Assembly (NCBI GenBank): GCA_051362555.1
Contig: CM120640.1
Coordinates: 70,844,788 to 70,908,787, forward strand
DNA from: Lingula anatina
Taxonomy: Eukaryota; Animalia; Brachiopoda
DNA length: 64,000 nt
Reading direction: 5' to 3'
The notes beneath the pieces are model-generated. The model made no database searches. It worked only from the letters and a program-made list of their open reading frames with translations, and was not told where the DNA came from. Shown here one piece after another: positions 21,469 to 35,900 of the stretch. Both the position numbers and the translations under genes were made by a program. The number at the start of each line of letters is the position of its first letter. Position 1 is the stretch's first letter.

Positions 21469-24400
21469 ATGGATAAGCGAGCAAAAGAAGAGGAGCGACT
21501 GCGTCTCCACGAACAGATTAAAGAATGGAATGCAAATAGGCTTGATCTGTTCGAATTGAGTTTGCCTAACGAGGTACGTTTATTTCGCCCTTCAAAAGCA
21601 ATTCACGGCTGTATAAATTAATTTTAAATATTATGTGTGTTTTGCAGATGGGTGTAAAAATCCCCTCCCCAGCAGATGCTGTATAATGAGGGGCGCGATG
21701 TGGCACAGTCCAGCCCATATTTCAAAATGGCCGCCCCCTCAAATGTGATTCAAAACAATTGGAATGTATGGCCCCCAGCATTAAGTCATCTTCAACTGTC
21801 AGTAATTATCCTCGTATCTCGTGATTCATAGATTTATTAGCAAATTACTATGACCAAGCTAAATGATGTTTAATATGATGAATTCAATAGCAATAATTGG
21901 ATTAAGTGAAATTACACTTTTATAGTATCAACAGGTGTACATTTCAATTTGTCCCAATTTCCTTAACAAGGTTAGATTAAACTGATTTGATTACAATAGT
22001 GTAGTATGATTTTCTCTTTTACAATGGAGTGTTTGATTGTGTCGAACTGTGCTTTCTTTGGACAGTTTTAATTTATATGCAGAGAAATGAACAAACTGCT
22101 TGAAGATCAGTTGAAAAGCGCCGTTGAAAAGAGTGCCTTATTATTAGAGTCTTTACAGATATCTTGTAGTCAAAATACCTTAGTTGACAAAGCTTTTCTC
22201 CCTTTTTTTACTCTCACACCAAGGTTTTTTTCCCTGCAAAATGAGTACATTACTAATCTGTGTTGAAGGTATTAACTTCAACAGAGTGTAGTATTTAAAT
22301 GTCATCCAGGTTGAGTCAAAGGGTGTAGCAATATTTGCAGAAGCTACCATGGAGTTACTTGTATGTGGTACATGCTTCAGAGGTGACATTTGAATTGTTT
22401 ATAGTCACAGCAAAGTCAACTCTCTGGATAGATAACCTGATCTTTAGAATATGTCAACATTAATAATGAGAACGTCTGGAAAGCAGAATGGGTTTTAAAT
22501 GTTTGAAGGAGAGTTTTTTTTTAATATTAAAAAATTGGAAATATGATGAAATTAAAACTGCTTAGAAAGAATATCTTTAGGACTGTTTTACTGGTAGATG
22601 TGGACAGTGGTGAGGAATGAAACAGATGCTGTTGAATTCCATTGTGAACGTAATAACAGTAATTAGTTCCTGCACTCCACCATGAGGTATGTAGACCTGT
22701 AGTCTTTCTCCGTAAACTCATAGTCTACGGCACTATCTGTGACTAAACAGAAACAGTTGAAGTTTGTATTTGGTGCAGGCTGTTAATGACCAGCAAACCT
22801 TTGCTGCTCTTTTTCTCCTAGCTGTTATCCGACTGGGAAAACACATGGTAGAAATTGGAAGTTGTTGTTGGCATCTTGCCATTGTACAGGAATTTTGTGT
22901 TCAGTTTGTATTTCAAACCTGATCAACCAGGCCTGGACAGATGGACTATGTCTAGCAGATCTGTCTGATCTTTTAACAATGTAGGCTAATGGGCAGCAGT
23001 ATGACTAACACCCCTGTCACTGCTTCATGCATACAAGGTGTGGATATGACCTTTAATCAAAATACCAGGAAGTTCTCCCTTTCCTTGTAATCTACAGTTA
23101 TATCCATCTCTGAACTGGTGGTATTCTCCTGCCTGCTTAATGTGATAGATTAATGCTGTCTAATTCAGTATGGACCACAGGAAAAAAATCTATAGAAATA
23201 CCAATTAAAAGTAGCTATCAGTGGCTGTGGTATGTACTATAAGGGCAATCCCTCATTGTTTGTGGTTGAAATTGCACCACTATAGTCTAGAATACTGCTC
23301 ATTGACAGTGTCAGCTGTTTTTGGAAAGATTATATATGGTATGCGTGAGTCAGAAATACTGGAGATGCTCAGAACAAGTTCGAAATGCCACATTTTAATA
23401 CAGAGAAAAGCCATTTTATTCCTTCTTTTCGTAAATTTTTGTACTTCTACATTACAATGAAAGCATGTAAAATGAAAGCATGTTTTGCTTTTATTTTTAT
23501 ACATCATTAAAGACGTCAAAAATGATAATGGGGGAGCTGTCTCACAAGTCATGTAGCCAGTAAACAGCCAGCAATTTCAAAATTTTTATAAAGTAGACCT
23601 TTTTCCAGTGATACTTGAATGTTTTCGTAGACTCTCTATCAATTTTTGATACAGAGCAACTTTATCCTGGTTAGTTTGAACCTGAGCCTATAGGACTGAA
23701 TAGTATGTGGATAAGATCCACATCACTTAGTTAAAAATTATGTAAAGAAACAGGTACAAAGTCATTGTCAGGTCCCATGTCCATTTGCCCAGAGAAGGTT
23801 TGGAGTTGAACATCCTTATTACAATACCCCTGGACCAGAGGATGTATGCTACCCTTGTGTTAAATGTTGAGGAATTTGTAGCCTGAGGGGGAACAGGTCT
23901 TGTGAGTTTCAACTTGCTTTGTTAAATGCTTGATAGCAAGAACAAGGTGATCTGATATGTTGTTTATTAAGTAGTGATTCCTTTCCTAAATAATAATTTT
24001 TTCGTGGAAGTTAGTTGGAATCTCGTATTGCTTGTAGCATGAAATGTTACCAGTGGGTGTAAGGGGAGAGATTGGGGAATTCCTCAGGCCCATAGCTGTG
24101 AAATATGGCCTATTAGCTAGTGGTTTGGTTGCCTGTAAATTGGATTAACAAATTTGATACTTTTCATCAATTCAGAATGAAGTATGGTTTTACGTAGAAG
24201 CTGGCTTCATTGAATTGGTTAGGGAATGAATTGGCTATTTGTTTAAGGGAAAATTGCTTTCAAGAATTATATGGATCATGAAACTGATCCTACTAGTTAA
24301 AATTTGCATGATAAAAAGCTTTGGGCAACAATCATTATGTTTTAATGCTTGTTTTTTATGAGATAATTTCTTATTGTAATATTTATCAACATGTTATAAG

Positions 24401-27400
24401 GCACCCACATTTTTCCTTTGAGAAATTGAGATCAATATATAGACTTCAAGATAGTGTTAAAATTGTCTTTATATGAGGTTATCAGCTTAAATAGATCTAT
24501 GGATTCTAGGTTTTGGTGTTAGCTCTGGTGTTAACTTTGGCAAGTGAGGAAACTTGAGCACAATACACTTGTTAGTCCTCAAGTGATTTTTTCCTACACT
24601 AAACATTCCACATGGAAACAAGTCTGTTAACTGGAAGCCACTACTTCTGAATGTTTGTCATATGAAACTCAACAACCATTAACTTGTTCACCATCTTGAA
24701 CCTTACAAATGACTGATGAGGCGAGATTTCCTCTGCATAGAGTTGTGTCATGGAGTGTCTCTCTGCTAATAACACATGATCAGCTGTGTGTGACAGACGG
24801 GTATGATGTACTCAGGTCCTGCTCACCTGTATGAAGTGATCTAGTCAAAACAGTCCTCTTTAAGTTTGAATTCTGGACTAGTGCCAAGTTAGCTGTCTTA
24901 GATAGTGTCCCAGAAATAAAGGTCATGACCCTTAAAGTCTCATCAGTGTGTGTGGAATGTATAAATATACTAACCAGCCATGATGCTATTCAGTCAGACC
25001 ATCTCATAGAAGTTCAAGTCACCCAGTAAAGAGGGAATAAGAAATGTAGAAACAATGAATTGTTGCCTGTTTTGGTTCATTTTAGCTGAAGTATTAAGTC
25101 CTTCAAGGCATCCTCTCTGTTTCTCAATACAATCCAGAAAAAATTGAGGTTAGAGATCAACAAGGGGTGGTTGAAGAGATGGCTCCAGACATTAATTGCA
25201 AAGTGTAGTGTAAATAAATAAAGAATACTAAGAATTACATCAACCAGTCAACTTGGTGGGCGGTATTGTATACATACTTGCTCTTATCTCAGTTGGTTCA
25301 GTATCAATAAATTGTTACAAGCACCTGGACTCAGAGCCCCTATGATATTAAACTAAGAGGACTGAAGAGGTGCTGATAACTGACCAGTCCACTTGATGTC
25401 CAGTGGGGCTGACCCCTTACCCTTCCTGGCCACACAGAGAGGGTGAAATGGTATATATATCCTAGACCCAAGGTCCCAGATGCTATCTTTGATGGTGATA
25501 TAGACTGACAGGACTGTCCGGTCTTAATAAATGGTCACTTTGGTCTGTCAGAAGGGGCTCTAAATCTACGATATATCCTTTCTCCTAAGTAAATGTGTCT
25601 GAGTGAAAGTCGTTTTTCACAAGTCTGATTTTAAAATCTTAATCACATTTCATTTATAATAGATGTACCAATGGTGCCATTAAATTTATGTGCTAGGGGA
25701 TCTACCATCTTAGACCCCATTCTCACAGATTTTAGATCGATCTATCCCTGTGGGGAGTCTCACTTGATTACTGTCAGCTTAGCTGGTTTAAATGTCTGCC
25801 CCGCCCACTAAAAGCTGTAAGGGGGTAATTAACTACCGTGCGTGTTCGGCTGACAGCAATTTAGCATGAACCCCCCAGGGAGTAAGGTCGATCTAGATGG
25901 ATCAATTTAGAACTATGGGAATGCAGTCTTATTCTTCTAGACTAACCAGGGTATTCATTTTTAGTGTCAAGTCTGAGGGTAGAATAAACCCAGCCTTGCC
26001 AAGTGGTCGTGGGAGATCATATTACATGTGTTAATGAGTTGTTGTTACATGCATTGTACAGTCATTTCTCTGCCTTTGAAGTCTGCTGGAGAAGGGTTAA
26101 TTTCTTTGCTGACCCTTCAAAAATAGCGACCCATTGAGTGCTTTGATTTCTGATATGGTAATTATTGAAAGCATATCTTTTGAAGTGAATATATATGCCA
26201 TAATAACCATATCCTATATCCAGATTAGTATTTTCAGAAATCATAAATAAATAAAAATTACTTAATTTTATTTTCAGCAATTGGAGTTTCATGGAGTTAT
26301 GAGATTCTTCTTTCAAGATGATGGAGCCAAAGTCGCCACAAAATGCATTCGCGTATCAAGCAGTGCCACCACGAGGGATGTGCTGGACACGTTGATTGAG
26401 AAGTTCCGCCCCGACATGCGCATGTTGTCGCTGCCAAAGTACATGCTGTATGAGGTGCACGTGAACGGAGGTAAGTTGACCAACGTCTTGATTGGGCGAT
26501 AAATGTGGGAGGCAGGTGGTTTGATTTTAAGATGTGTACAACACTTTTCTTTTGTAACATTATTTGCAACAGGCAGTTATTATATCTGCATTAACGGCTA
26601 TCAGATTGTGTGTCAGAAGTTAGTATGGAAGTTTGACACATAAAGTCAATATTGACTGTGTGTACCTGATCTAGACATGCTATTCTCCAGTACACCAGAC
26701 ATAAAAGTATTCCTGAATAATAGCTGAAGTATTCCTATGTATCAGGTAACTTTATCAAGGACACACACTTCCTGATCCAGGTTTTAAAACTAGAAAAAAC
26801 ATGTAGAAATAAATTGACTATTGAAAAAGCCATATTCACGTACATGTAATCTATTAATCACAGATTGGGTTATCTTGGTATTGTCTCCTCCATAAAGGAT
26901 GAGTGAGGTGATAATTTTTTATACAATTAATTGATGAGTCTTAAATGTCTCTGGGGGAACTGTTAACAATCTATAACACAATGGATCATATCATTTAATT
27001 AAAACGTGATGAAATAAATCCCTCCTACAATCAATTCCCCAGCCAAGGTTTTATACAGTAGTGAAATTGTTGCAGATGACAGAAGAATCATGATATGTCT
27101 CAAGGGAAAGTAACAGGTCTCAGGAGAACAATTTCTAGTTAAGATACCAAGCTTTTCAGAAAATACTGAAGAAAATCTAGTTTTTATTTCCTAGACTAGC
27201 AGACTAGTAACAGGTAGAACTAAGCTTTGAGAAAATTGTTTGAATATAAATCTACCAGTGCAAGCATCTGGTATCCTAGGATCACTGTAACCACAGTCCT
27301 ACAGCTTACCAAGCCTGGCTTGAATTAGAAGGAAATTAAATCCATCACAGGAAAAAAGAAATTTATTTTCCGCCTACTAAATAATTCAGAGTCCATGCTA

Positions 27401-29901
27401 CATGGTACGTATGTATGGAACTGCATCTCTAAAGCCTCAGTTCCAGTGTAAAGTGAAGTGCAGTGTAGTATATCATGTGAAATCACAGTTGGAGAAAGGA
27501 TAGAATGTCCCACACCAAGTGGGGTGTTGTGTGCCCAGTCTTTATTCTGCTGTGTTGACCTGGATGCTTAACATGGCCTGGAGTTCTGAAGTTCAAATAT
27601 GACCCAAGCAGACACAAATACATTCCTTGATACTGATATGATAATCTGACAGCTACGTCCTCTCAGGTAGTTTTCTGATATATATTATACACATCCCACT
27701 TCAGGACAGCGGTGTTCAAAATTATAATACCAATAGTATGAACATGTAGGGGGTTTGAAGATTTGAAAAACTGGGGCGGAGTGGCGGTTAGGGTCCTGAC
27801 ACAAGGGTGCAGTGACCCAAAACGGGAAGATGAATAGACACTAGAGGGCAGCGGTGAATGGAGGGAGGACAGCACTAGACAGATCCTGAAAAGATACGGA
27901 ATTTGACAGACGTTATTTTCAAACACTCAGCTGTTGAATCATTTTGCATAACTGATGCATTGTGTCAGCCACAATTCCCACAGTATCACTTCCCAAGCGT
28001 GTGCCTGGATTAGAAAAAATGCCATCTTACTTCAAACAGTGGCTGTTCTTCTTTGTTCTTAGTTTAGCCTTGAATGGTATAAAGAACAATAATCATCTTG
28101 AGAAATGTGGTGTAAAAATGGAGAACTATTTTAGAGTCACTATCACTGCAGCTAAACTTATTTGCTACTTTTCTTTTTGTCTTTAAGTGCAAATTGTCAA
28201 AAAGTGTGAAATTTGTTTATTTAAAAAAAAAGACCGGAGAGTGCAGTATTATATACAGATGAGGTCAGAGAGGAGAGCAGGTCGTTTACTAGATGTCAGA
28301 GACAATCAATTCCTGTCACCTTACACTGTGTCACGAGTGGCAATTGTGAAAGGTTTTGCTGATAACTTTGAGTAGTTTATTTCAAATATGAATGTAAAAG
28401 TTTATCAGTTTCACATTAATCACACTTACTGGGACATGTTTGATACATTGCATGCAAGGTAATTGACTGGAGGAATTTTCTAATCATGTAAATTCTATTA
28501 TCATTGGTTTGACTAACAGTGTTTTTATTTTCAATTGAGGAATATAACATTGCCAATCTGATTAATGACACTGTACATTGACATAAAATTTTATGTAGTA
28601 AATGAAATTGGCAGGTTTCATGTTTAGTTGTATTTAAATCGTGTCAATAGGATAGTTAATGATATAGCTTCTGTTAACTGGAAGATATTATTCAACAATC
28701 CCATTCTCCCTCTCTTCAATTCCTGGATTAAAATTTGATCATGAATTATAAACCAGACACCATGCACATCACACAAAGCTTGGTATAAGTGTTGTTGCCA
28801 GTGGATTCTGTCTACTGTGATGTGGTTTCTAAGTTAGCGTCCTTTCATCCATCATCCATCATCCCGTCCCCAGAGCTGTCCAGACAAAGCTGTCAACATG
28901 TGCTTCTTGACCTGCCATTGCTTAGGTCTATGTAACACAGGTGTTAACACTTGCACCTGACAAGACACTAACTGGGCAGTCATCACATTGGATCATTAAG
29001 GAGCATTAGATTACCACAAACCTGGCAAATGAATTGTTGCTGCTCAAGCTGAAATAGCTGGAAGGAAAAGAGCAAATTTTTCATATTAAACAGTAATGTG
29101 ATCAAGGCTGGAAGTATTAGTATGCTTGTCTGCTTTACTGAGCCTTACTGCTTGGTGTTAACCTGTGGGTTTAATTATTATATATTGATTTTTCTGATGG
29201 ACAGATCTTACTGAAACGAAAACAAAATCACTTTGAAGTCTGTAAAAATGTAATTGAAACTTGGTAGAGCGTAAGTGTGTAATTGTACATTTCTCCAACA
29301 TGGTAGGTCCTTACTGAGAAATTAAAGAAATAAATTACACCCTCAAATATTTTAGAAGATCATTTGGTTTCTAATTCTATGATACTTTGTAAAATGAAAT
29401 ATATGAAATTGGATATTTTGTCATTGTGTAAGGTGTTTTTTAAGGTTTCTGAAAAGTCTCATACTGAGGGTAAGGGATGGATATAGCACTAGATATGGTG
29501 TGGCTTATAGGATAGTGTTGGATCTATGCATAGATGTGTCTGGTTTACGAAAACAAATTTGTGAAACATTTTCCAGAAGAATGCAGAGTGGCATACAAAA
29601 CACAATAGGAAGTTTTTTCTATGTCTGGTGGCATAAAGCAAACATTGTTCACAATTTATTGTGCTGCAGATTGATAATGGTTGCCACGGAGATCTGTCTG
29701 CCACGACCCTTTGTTTTGATATTTGGGTTGGAATAGTGTACGGCTACCTAGTCTTACTTCTTTCTTTTTCTCATGCAAACGTGTAGAACAGTGCCAAAGT
29801 GTTTCTTTATATATATATAGTGCATTAGAAGGACTAGTTTACATTCAGCAGGTTTTTATTTGTAAAGATTGATTTTTGTGACAATAAAACTTTCATACAT
29901 C

Positions 29902-29955
<54 letters not shown>

Positions 29956-32900
29956 CAACTTGAACCACAGTTATCTTTCTGTGATTATGTTAAGAACCTC
30001 TTTTTTATCACAAACTGTGCTGTATTTTATCACAAACTGTGCTATGTTTTCAGAGGAAAGAAAACTGGCCAATGAAGAGAAGCCATTGTTGGTACAACTG
30101 AACTGGGGAAAAGATGACAGAGAGGGAAGATTTCTGCTGAAGAGTGAAAATGAAGCCACAGTACCAGTGAGTATTTTGAGAAAGAAGGTAAACTTCCGGG
30201 AGAAAAGGGAATCATGTGGATATTGGGTAATCTTATATAATCTACCAAGGTGGGTTTGATCAGGAGATTTCTGCTTGAACTACATTTGGAATTTCCCAGC
30301 TCTTAACTGTCTACAATAGATGATTTGGTGGCTGTTTTTTTTTTTTTTTTGGAACTCTTGATCTTGCTGATTATGAAAGCCATTTGTAGGTCGTGTTAAT
30401 TGCCAATCTGATCCAGTTTCTGGGATAGTCATTGATACCGTAGTACCCCAGTCCACTTCTAAATGACCATTCCTCCTACACAGTTCTCTATATCTTTCTT
30501 TGTGGTCAGTTTGTGAGTGTACTCCATATTAAATTGCCTTATGACTAAAAAGCCTATTATCTGCAAGACTTAATGGTCCTTGTTGATGACAGTGATTAGT
30601 GTACCACTTGTACAAATGTTATTGTTTTCATCTCTTTGGTGCAGTCAATGTAAAGTATTGCTGTAATACATGATCACCTGCCTGGTAAGTTACATAAATA
30701 CACAGATAGTGTTCAGCAGAACAAGGGTTTTAGTGAAGTGTCTACCTGGACTCCACACAGGGAGACCTGTCTATCAGAGTGTAGCCTGCAGTTCTTACCT
30801 GACTATCATGTTAAATATAAACACACCTTGCTGTGTACCTGATCTCCATCTCACACTAACCAGCTGAGTCTAAAAGCCTCTATCTAACTTGGCCATCTTC
30901 TTACACTGCAGAGGGAGGTGGCTGGGACAGCCAGCAAATTGTATACCAAAAAAAAGTGTTAATGGACCTAAAGTGCTATTATGAACATTATGAGATGGCA
31001 GGTTAGCGACCCAGAGCTTTGTAAACTGCAGTATAACTGATGATATTATTGTGTAAGCATGAATTCTGATACTCCACCCTGAACAAGAATTCATAAATAT
31101 GTTTCATACTTTGTGATATGCTTATAGTTTACAAACAAGATTTTGCCCAGACTTGGCACCACAAAGACAAATCACAAATCTTTTTACCTTTTATCAATAA
31201 GCTAGAAACTAATATATAACTAAAAACTACTACTGTCCAAAACATTCAATTTTTGGAAGATCAATTAAATTAAATGGATGCAAACTTAACTGTAGCAAAG
31301 AAAAAAATTTCTCCTACTAATTTTCAATAGGAGTGTTGGGCAATGTTTGTATAGTGAAATATATACTCCATTGGGGAAATATTATGACAAATAGACCAGT
31401 TTACTCTGGAAGGAAAGCCCATTCCTGCCTCTTATTTGAATGGATTGCCCGGCAAGGCAGCAGGCTCCAAACAGATAGGAGGAGAGCAGTGTTGGTATTG
31501 GCCTAGTGTTCACTGGCTCACTCCCAATAAAGCTAGCATTCTAAGGATATCCATCAATCCAACTCCAAAGGACTCTGGTTAAATGCATTCACGAATCCTG
31601 GCAGTGAGTAAAATACAGTATACTGGGAACAAGATGAAGCATGTTAATCTGTTAAACTGATTGCATTCAGCAAGAATCCCTGCAGAGTTTGAATCAATCT
31701 ATATAGAACAGCAATTTCATGGGGAATGAGTCCTTAGTCCAACAGGGAGGGGCTCCAGAGCACCTGTCTTCTTGTCTTATCTCCAACAGAGAGCCCTATC
31801 TCAGTGGACTCTGCTGGCTTATGGCAATGTGATACTTTCATATTTCCCATAGTTTTCTACTGATCTACCACTGTGATGTGAAGTGGAACAGGCATACGAA
31901 AAGTATGTTGATGTGCCTGCACTGGCCATATTGAGCTAGGGTCTAAAACACTCGTGGATGTTGTCTTAACATTGGTACAAATTTAATGAATTTAAGTTCG
32001 GTACACTGCATTGAAGGGATCCGGTTTCATGTTGGTTAACAAGGGGTGTAAACCCTGCTCAATATGAAATATCTGTGATTTGTTTCACAAGAGAAAAATG
32101 CTCTCAGCCACCCCCCCTTCCCCCCAAGGCCCCACTCTAAGTCATAGCCCAGTGGTCAATAGTACAGGAAATGCTGGCTGACCAGATGGAAGGCATCCAG
32201 GACTGAGACCAGCCAGAGTATGGTTGATATCGAGAGGAGTACTGCAGAAGGTTGTTTGTACAACACAGCTAACACCTGCCTCTGCTGTTCTGGCACACTA
32301 TGCCTACACATGTTCTTGGCCCCTGCTGTGATCTGCTCTGGCCCTGAGTGTGGATATCATGGTGTAAACCTACAGCCATCCTCAGTCTGGGCATGCTTTG
32401 AATGTCCTGGGCCTGGCTGATGGATTCAGTTAATGTGGAAAGCCGCCCAGTTGATTCTTGAAGCACATTAAAAGCATTGTTCCCAGCTGGCCAGATAAGA
32501 GGGCTGGGTTCCCTCTGCCTGACTACATCTTACATATTTCATATGGACCAGACCTCTGCTTGACCCATGAATGGGGAGAGCTGGAGTCAGTTAGCTTGCT
32601 GGGCTGAAAGTTGCCCTTTAACTCAAATACACAGGTGCCCTAAGACAATTGACTCTGATATTGATTTAAAATAAAATTAGCTTATCACATATTGGTTGAA
32701 AAACAGCATTGTGTGTGTATTAATGCCATTAAGTATATAACATTAAATCTATATTTCTAGTAATAGGAAATAAAACTATGATTTGTGAATGGTTTTGTTA
32801 CAGATTCATCAAGCATCATCACCAGAGATTCAACAAGAGAAAGAAAAGGAGAAGGAAAAAGAAGTTAGCTTCATTCGTAAACTATCAAAACGAGAAAAGA

Positions 32901-35900
32901 AGGACAAAAAGAAGAAAGACAAAGAAGCCCGAGCAAAAGGCAAAGAAAATGAGTCTCCCAATAAAGAATCCAGTGTGGCAGAAAAGCTGTATAATGAACT
33001 GCCAGAGACCAGTTTTACTAGAAGTATTTCCAACCCAGAGGCAGTCATGCGACGCAGACGACAACAAAAATTGGAGAAGAAACTGCAGCAGATTCGCAGT
33101 GCAGATGGTGGACCAGACCAAGGTGAGATTGGTTTGTGGTTAAAATGTTTGCAAAAAATATCCACAGATGAATAAAGGTAACTTGAAGAATTTAAGAAAA
33201 TACTTCAAATAAATGGTTTGATATATGATTGGTTTTCTTCTTCTTGGTAATCTTTCATCTGCAAACAACATCTTAACTTATCTTTGAGAAATGGAATAAA
33301 AGCTAACAGCAATAAAGTGAAACATTGTATCATTCCCTTCAAGGAGGTACACTGAAGATCTACGGGGAGTCCCTGGTCCATGATGTCCCCTACAAGACCC
33401 TGCTGTTGTCCACCGCAGACACTGCGTACTATGTGGTCAAGGAGACGCTGGACAAGTACGGACTGGACAAAGAGAATCCAGAGGACTATTGTCTGGTCAA
33501 GGTAGGGGGCGAGGTGGTCCACCTAGTGGACAAAAACTAAATCTGAAATGATGAAGTAGATAAAGGAAATGAAAAAAAAAATAGAAGTGGATGAGGAAGT
33601 AATGCTTTTGAGTTTAAATGTTTTGCTATGAAGAACAGCTTACATGACTATGTTATAAGCTAAACTTGAATAAATTGCCTGCTTCTCACCTACCTCAGAC
33701 TGTAAACCTTACATGAACCTGTGTGGTAAACTAAGGAATATGCCTTGATTGAGTATGATAAATGTTGACATGGAGGTTCAACCTGCCGTCTGTGGGTAGA
33801 GGATAATGAGGAGACCAGAGTCCCATAGTGAATACATGGAGATATTTTATATTGGGAGGAATTAATATGGGGGCATTAATTTTAAAGAAAGGATGTGGCA
33901 TATATTTTCCATTTCTGATATCAGTCAATATTTAGATACTTTATCAGCAGGTTTATTTTAAAAAAGGAAAAAAAGGTTAGTTGCTCAGTGATTGCTTGCA
34001 TGCAGGAAAGTAATCGGTCTTCAACTGGAATAGCCATAAAATTGAAAAAAATTGAAAAAGAGATTTCAAGATTGTATGACAACATATTATATCTTAAAGT
34101 AAAACTTAGTGTTTATGTTTGGTATTTACTTCATATGAAGGTATTAAATATATGCAAGTTCATGGGACTGAAGTGAGCACCTACTGCGTATACAGTGTCT
34201 AGAAGTCTGGAAGGAATCAAACTAAATGTCAGTAAGCTTGCTGCTTTGTCAAGGAGAAATACACATCAAGCAGAAAAAAATTGGTGTTTTAGCCTTTTCC
34301 TTTTGTTCATTTGAGCTCTTTTAGTAAATTGTATTACAGTAAACAGTGTATGTTTACTTGTGAAAAATGATAGGTGATTTCTCAAGGTAAAGGTGTTACT
34401 CAAGAATGTTCAGTGGATTGGAAATACTGGTCACTGGACATTATTTGAAAGACTTGTGCCAAAAGTAAGATGTAGGTAAAAATCTCTTAGTTAAATTTTT
34501 ATCTTTCATTTGTGCTTTTTGTGACTTTGAAATCTGTTAGATTAAGATGGATTTTTAACTGTACAGGCAGAGAACAACTGCAAAACCAATTTTGGCTCAG
34601 AGCAATGCTGCTTCTCCTCCAGTGAGTCACAGAGGTCAAAACATTATGTAAACTGAGGTGATTTATGCCAACAAATACTGCCGAGGATGAGGTGAACTGA
34701 GAGGATGAGGTTAAGTGAACAGGAAAATATCTCCTGAAGTACATGTAATGTATGTTATGTCTACTATGGAACCTGCCCCTCCTATACCTCAGAATGTTTC
34801 ACTTCACTTGCTCTCCTTGGATTCTATGCAGTTTCCATAATGCTATATATCTTAAATAGCAGTTTGGGTTTGTAACTTTGCCACCTAGTCTCTAGTTGCC
34901 TGTGTTAATAAGCCCTCTGTCAGGTGATGGATTGTCTGTGCTCTGAATACTGGAACTGATGGGAAAAGTTGGAAACTGTGGATATCAGATAGGAAGATGG
35001 GGTTTTATTCCTGAAACAAAAACAAAATTACATGAAAATAAACATAGCAGAGAACATAAGATTTATCTGTCCAAGTGAATATACACCCCCCTTCCACCTG
35101 TAGGTAATGTAAGACTGACCATAGCAGTGGGATAGCTGGTATGTTTGGATAGCTTATGTTGGTAGGTATAAGGTACCTATGAGGCTTGTGAATAGACTTC
35201 AGTAGACCAAGTGAATTCACAGGCCAGAGAGACACGAGTAGGAAACGAGGTCTGACTGCAGCCTGGGATGACCCTACACACTAACAGGGTTGTACATTAA
35301 TATCATTGGATTTTGATAACATTATGATTCATGGCTGGCTGGGCTGGATGCTTTCATGTCTTTGAGATCTAAATTAAGAACATATGTATTCGAAGTTTTG
35401 AATAAGGTCATAACTTTACATAGGGAGGGCAAACACTAGTCTTGTTTATAGTCCAACATTGGGTGACCTATCTCAGTTGACCCATCTCAGCAAGCGAATT
35501 AATGATAGAATTGTGTAGGAATTGCCTCATTTACAATGGCAATCAGTGGGTTAACTGAGGGATTAGCCTGACTTTCAAGATTAGATATTGGTCGTCAGAC
35601 ATCCCACTGAAATGGCTCTTGCTCAGACAGACTCACCTAAATTGACTAGAAACATGGCTAAGATTCAATGTATACCTGTTACTTTTTAGGGCAAGTTTAA
35701 AGTAACCAAAATTTTCACTATTTAAAAAGGGGAAATTATTTAGTGTCTGTTGTTATTACATATAGGACAAATTGTTTTTCTCCACATTAAATTTGTTCTC
35801 AGTCATGACTCAGTTATTGGTTAGCAGTGAGAGGCAGTGTACTAGAACTGCAGTAGATGTAACCTAAACTAAAGTGTGTATACCCCCTTTAGCAATGGGA

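Noticed and set aside
24713-24745. CTGATGAG hammerhead-like box
   Set aside because: No GAAA box follows the candidate stem II, so the core is incomplete.
21574-26277. Nested gene in the long first afadin intron
   Set aside because: Only short ORFs (90 aa or less) with no recognisable motifs or chainable exons.
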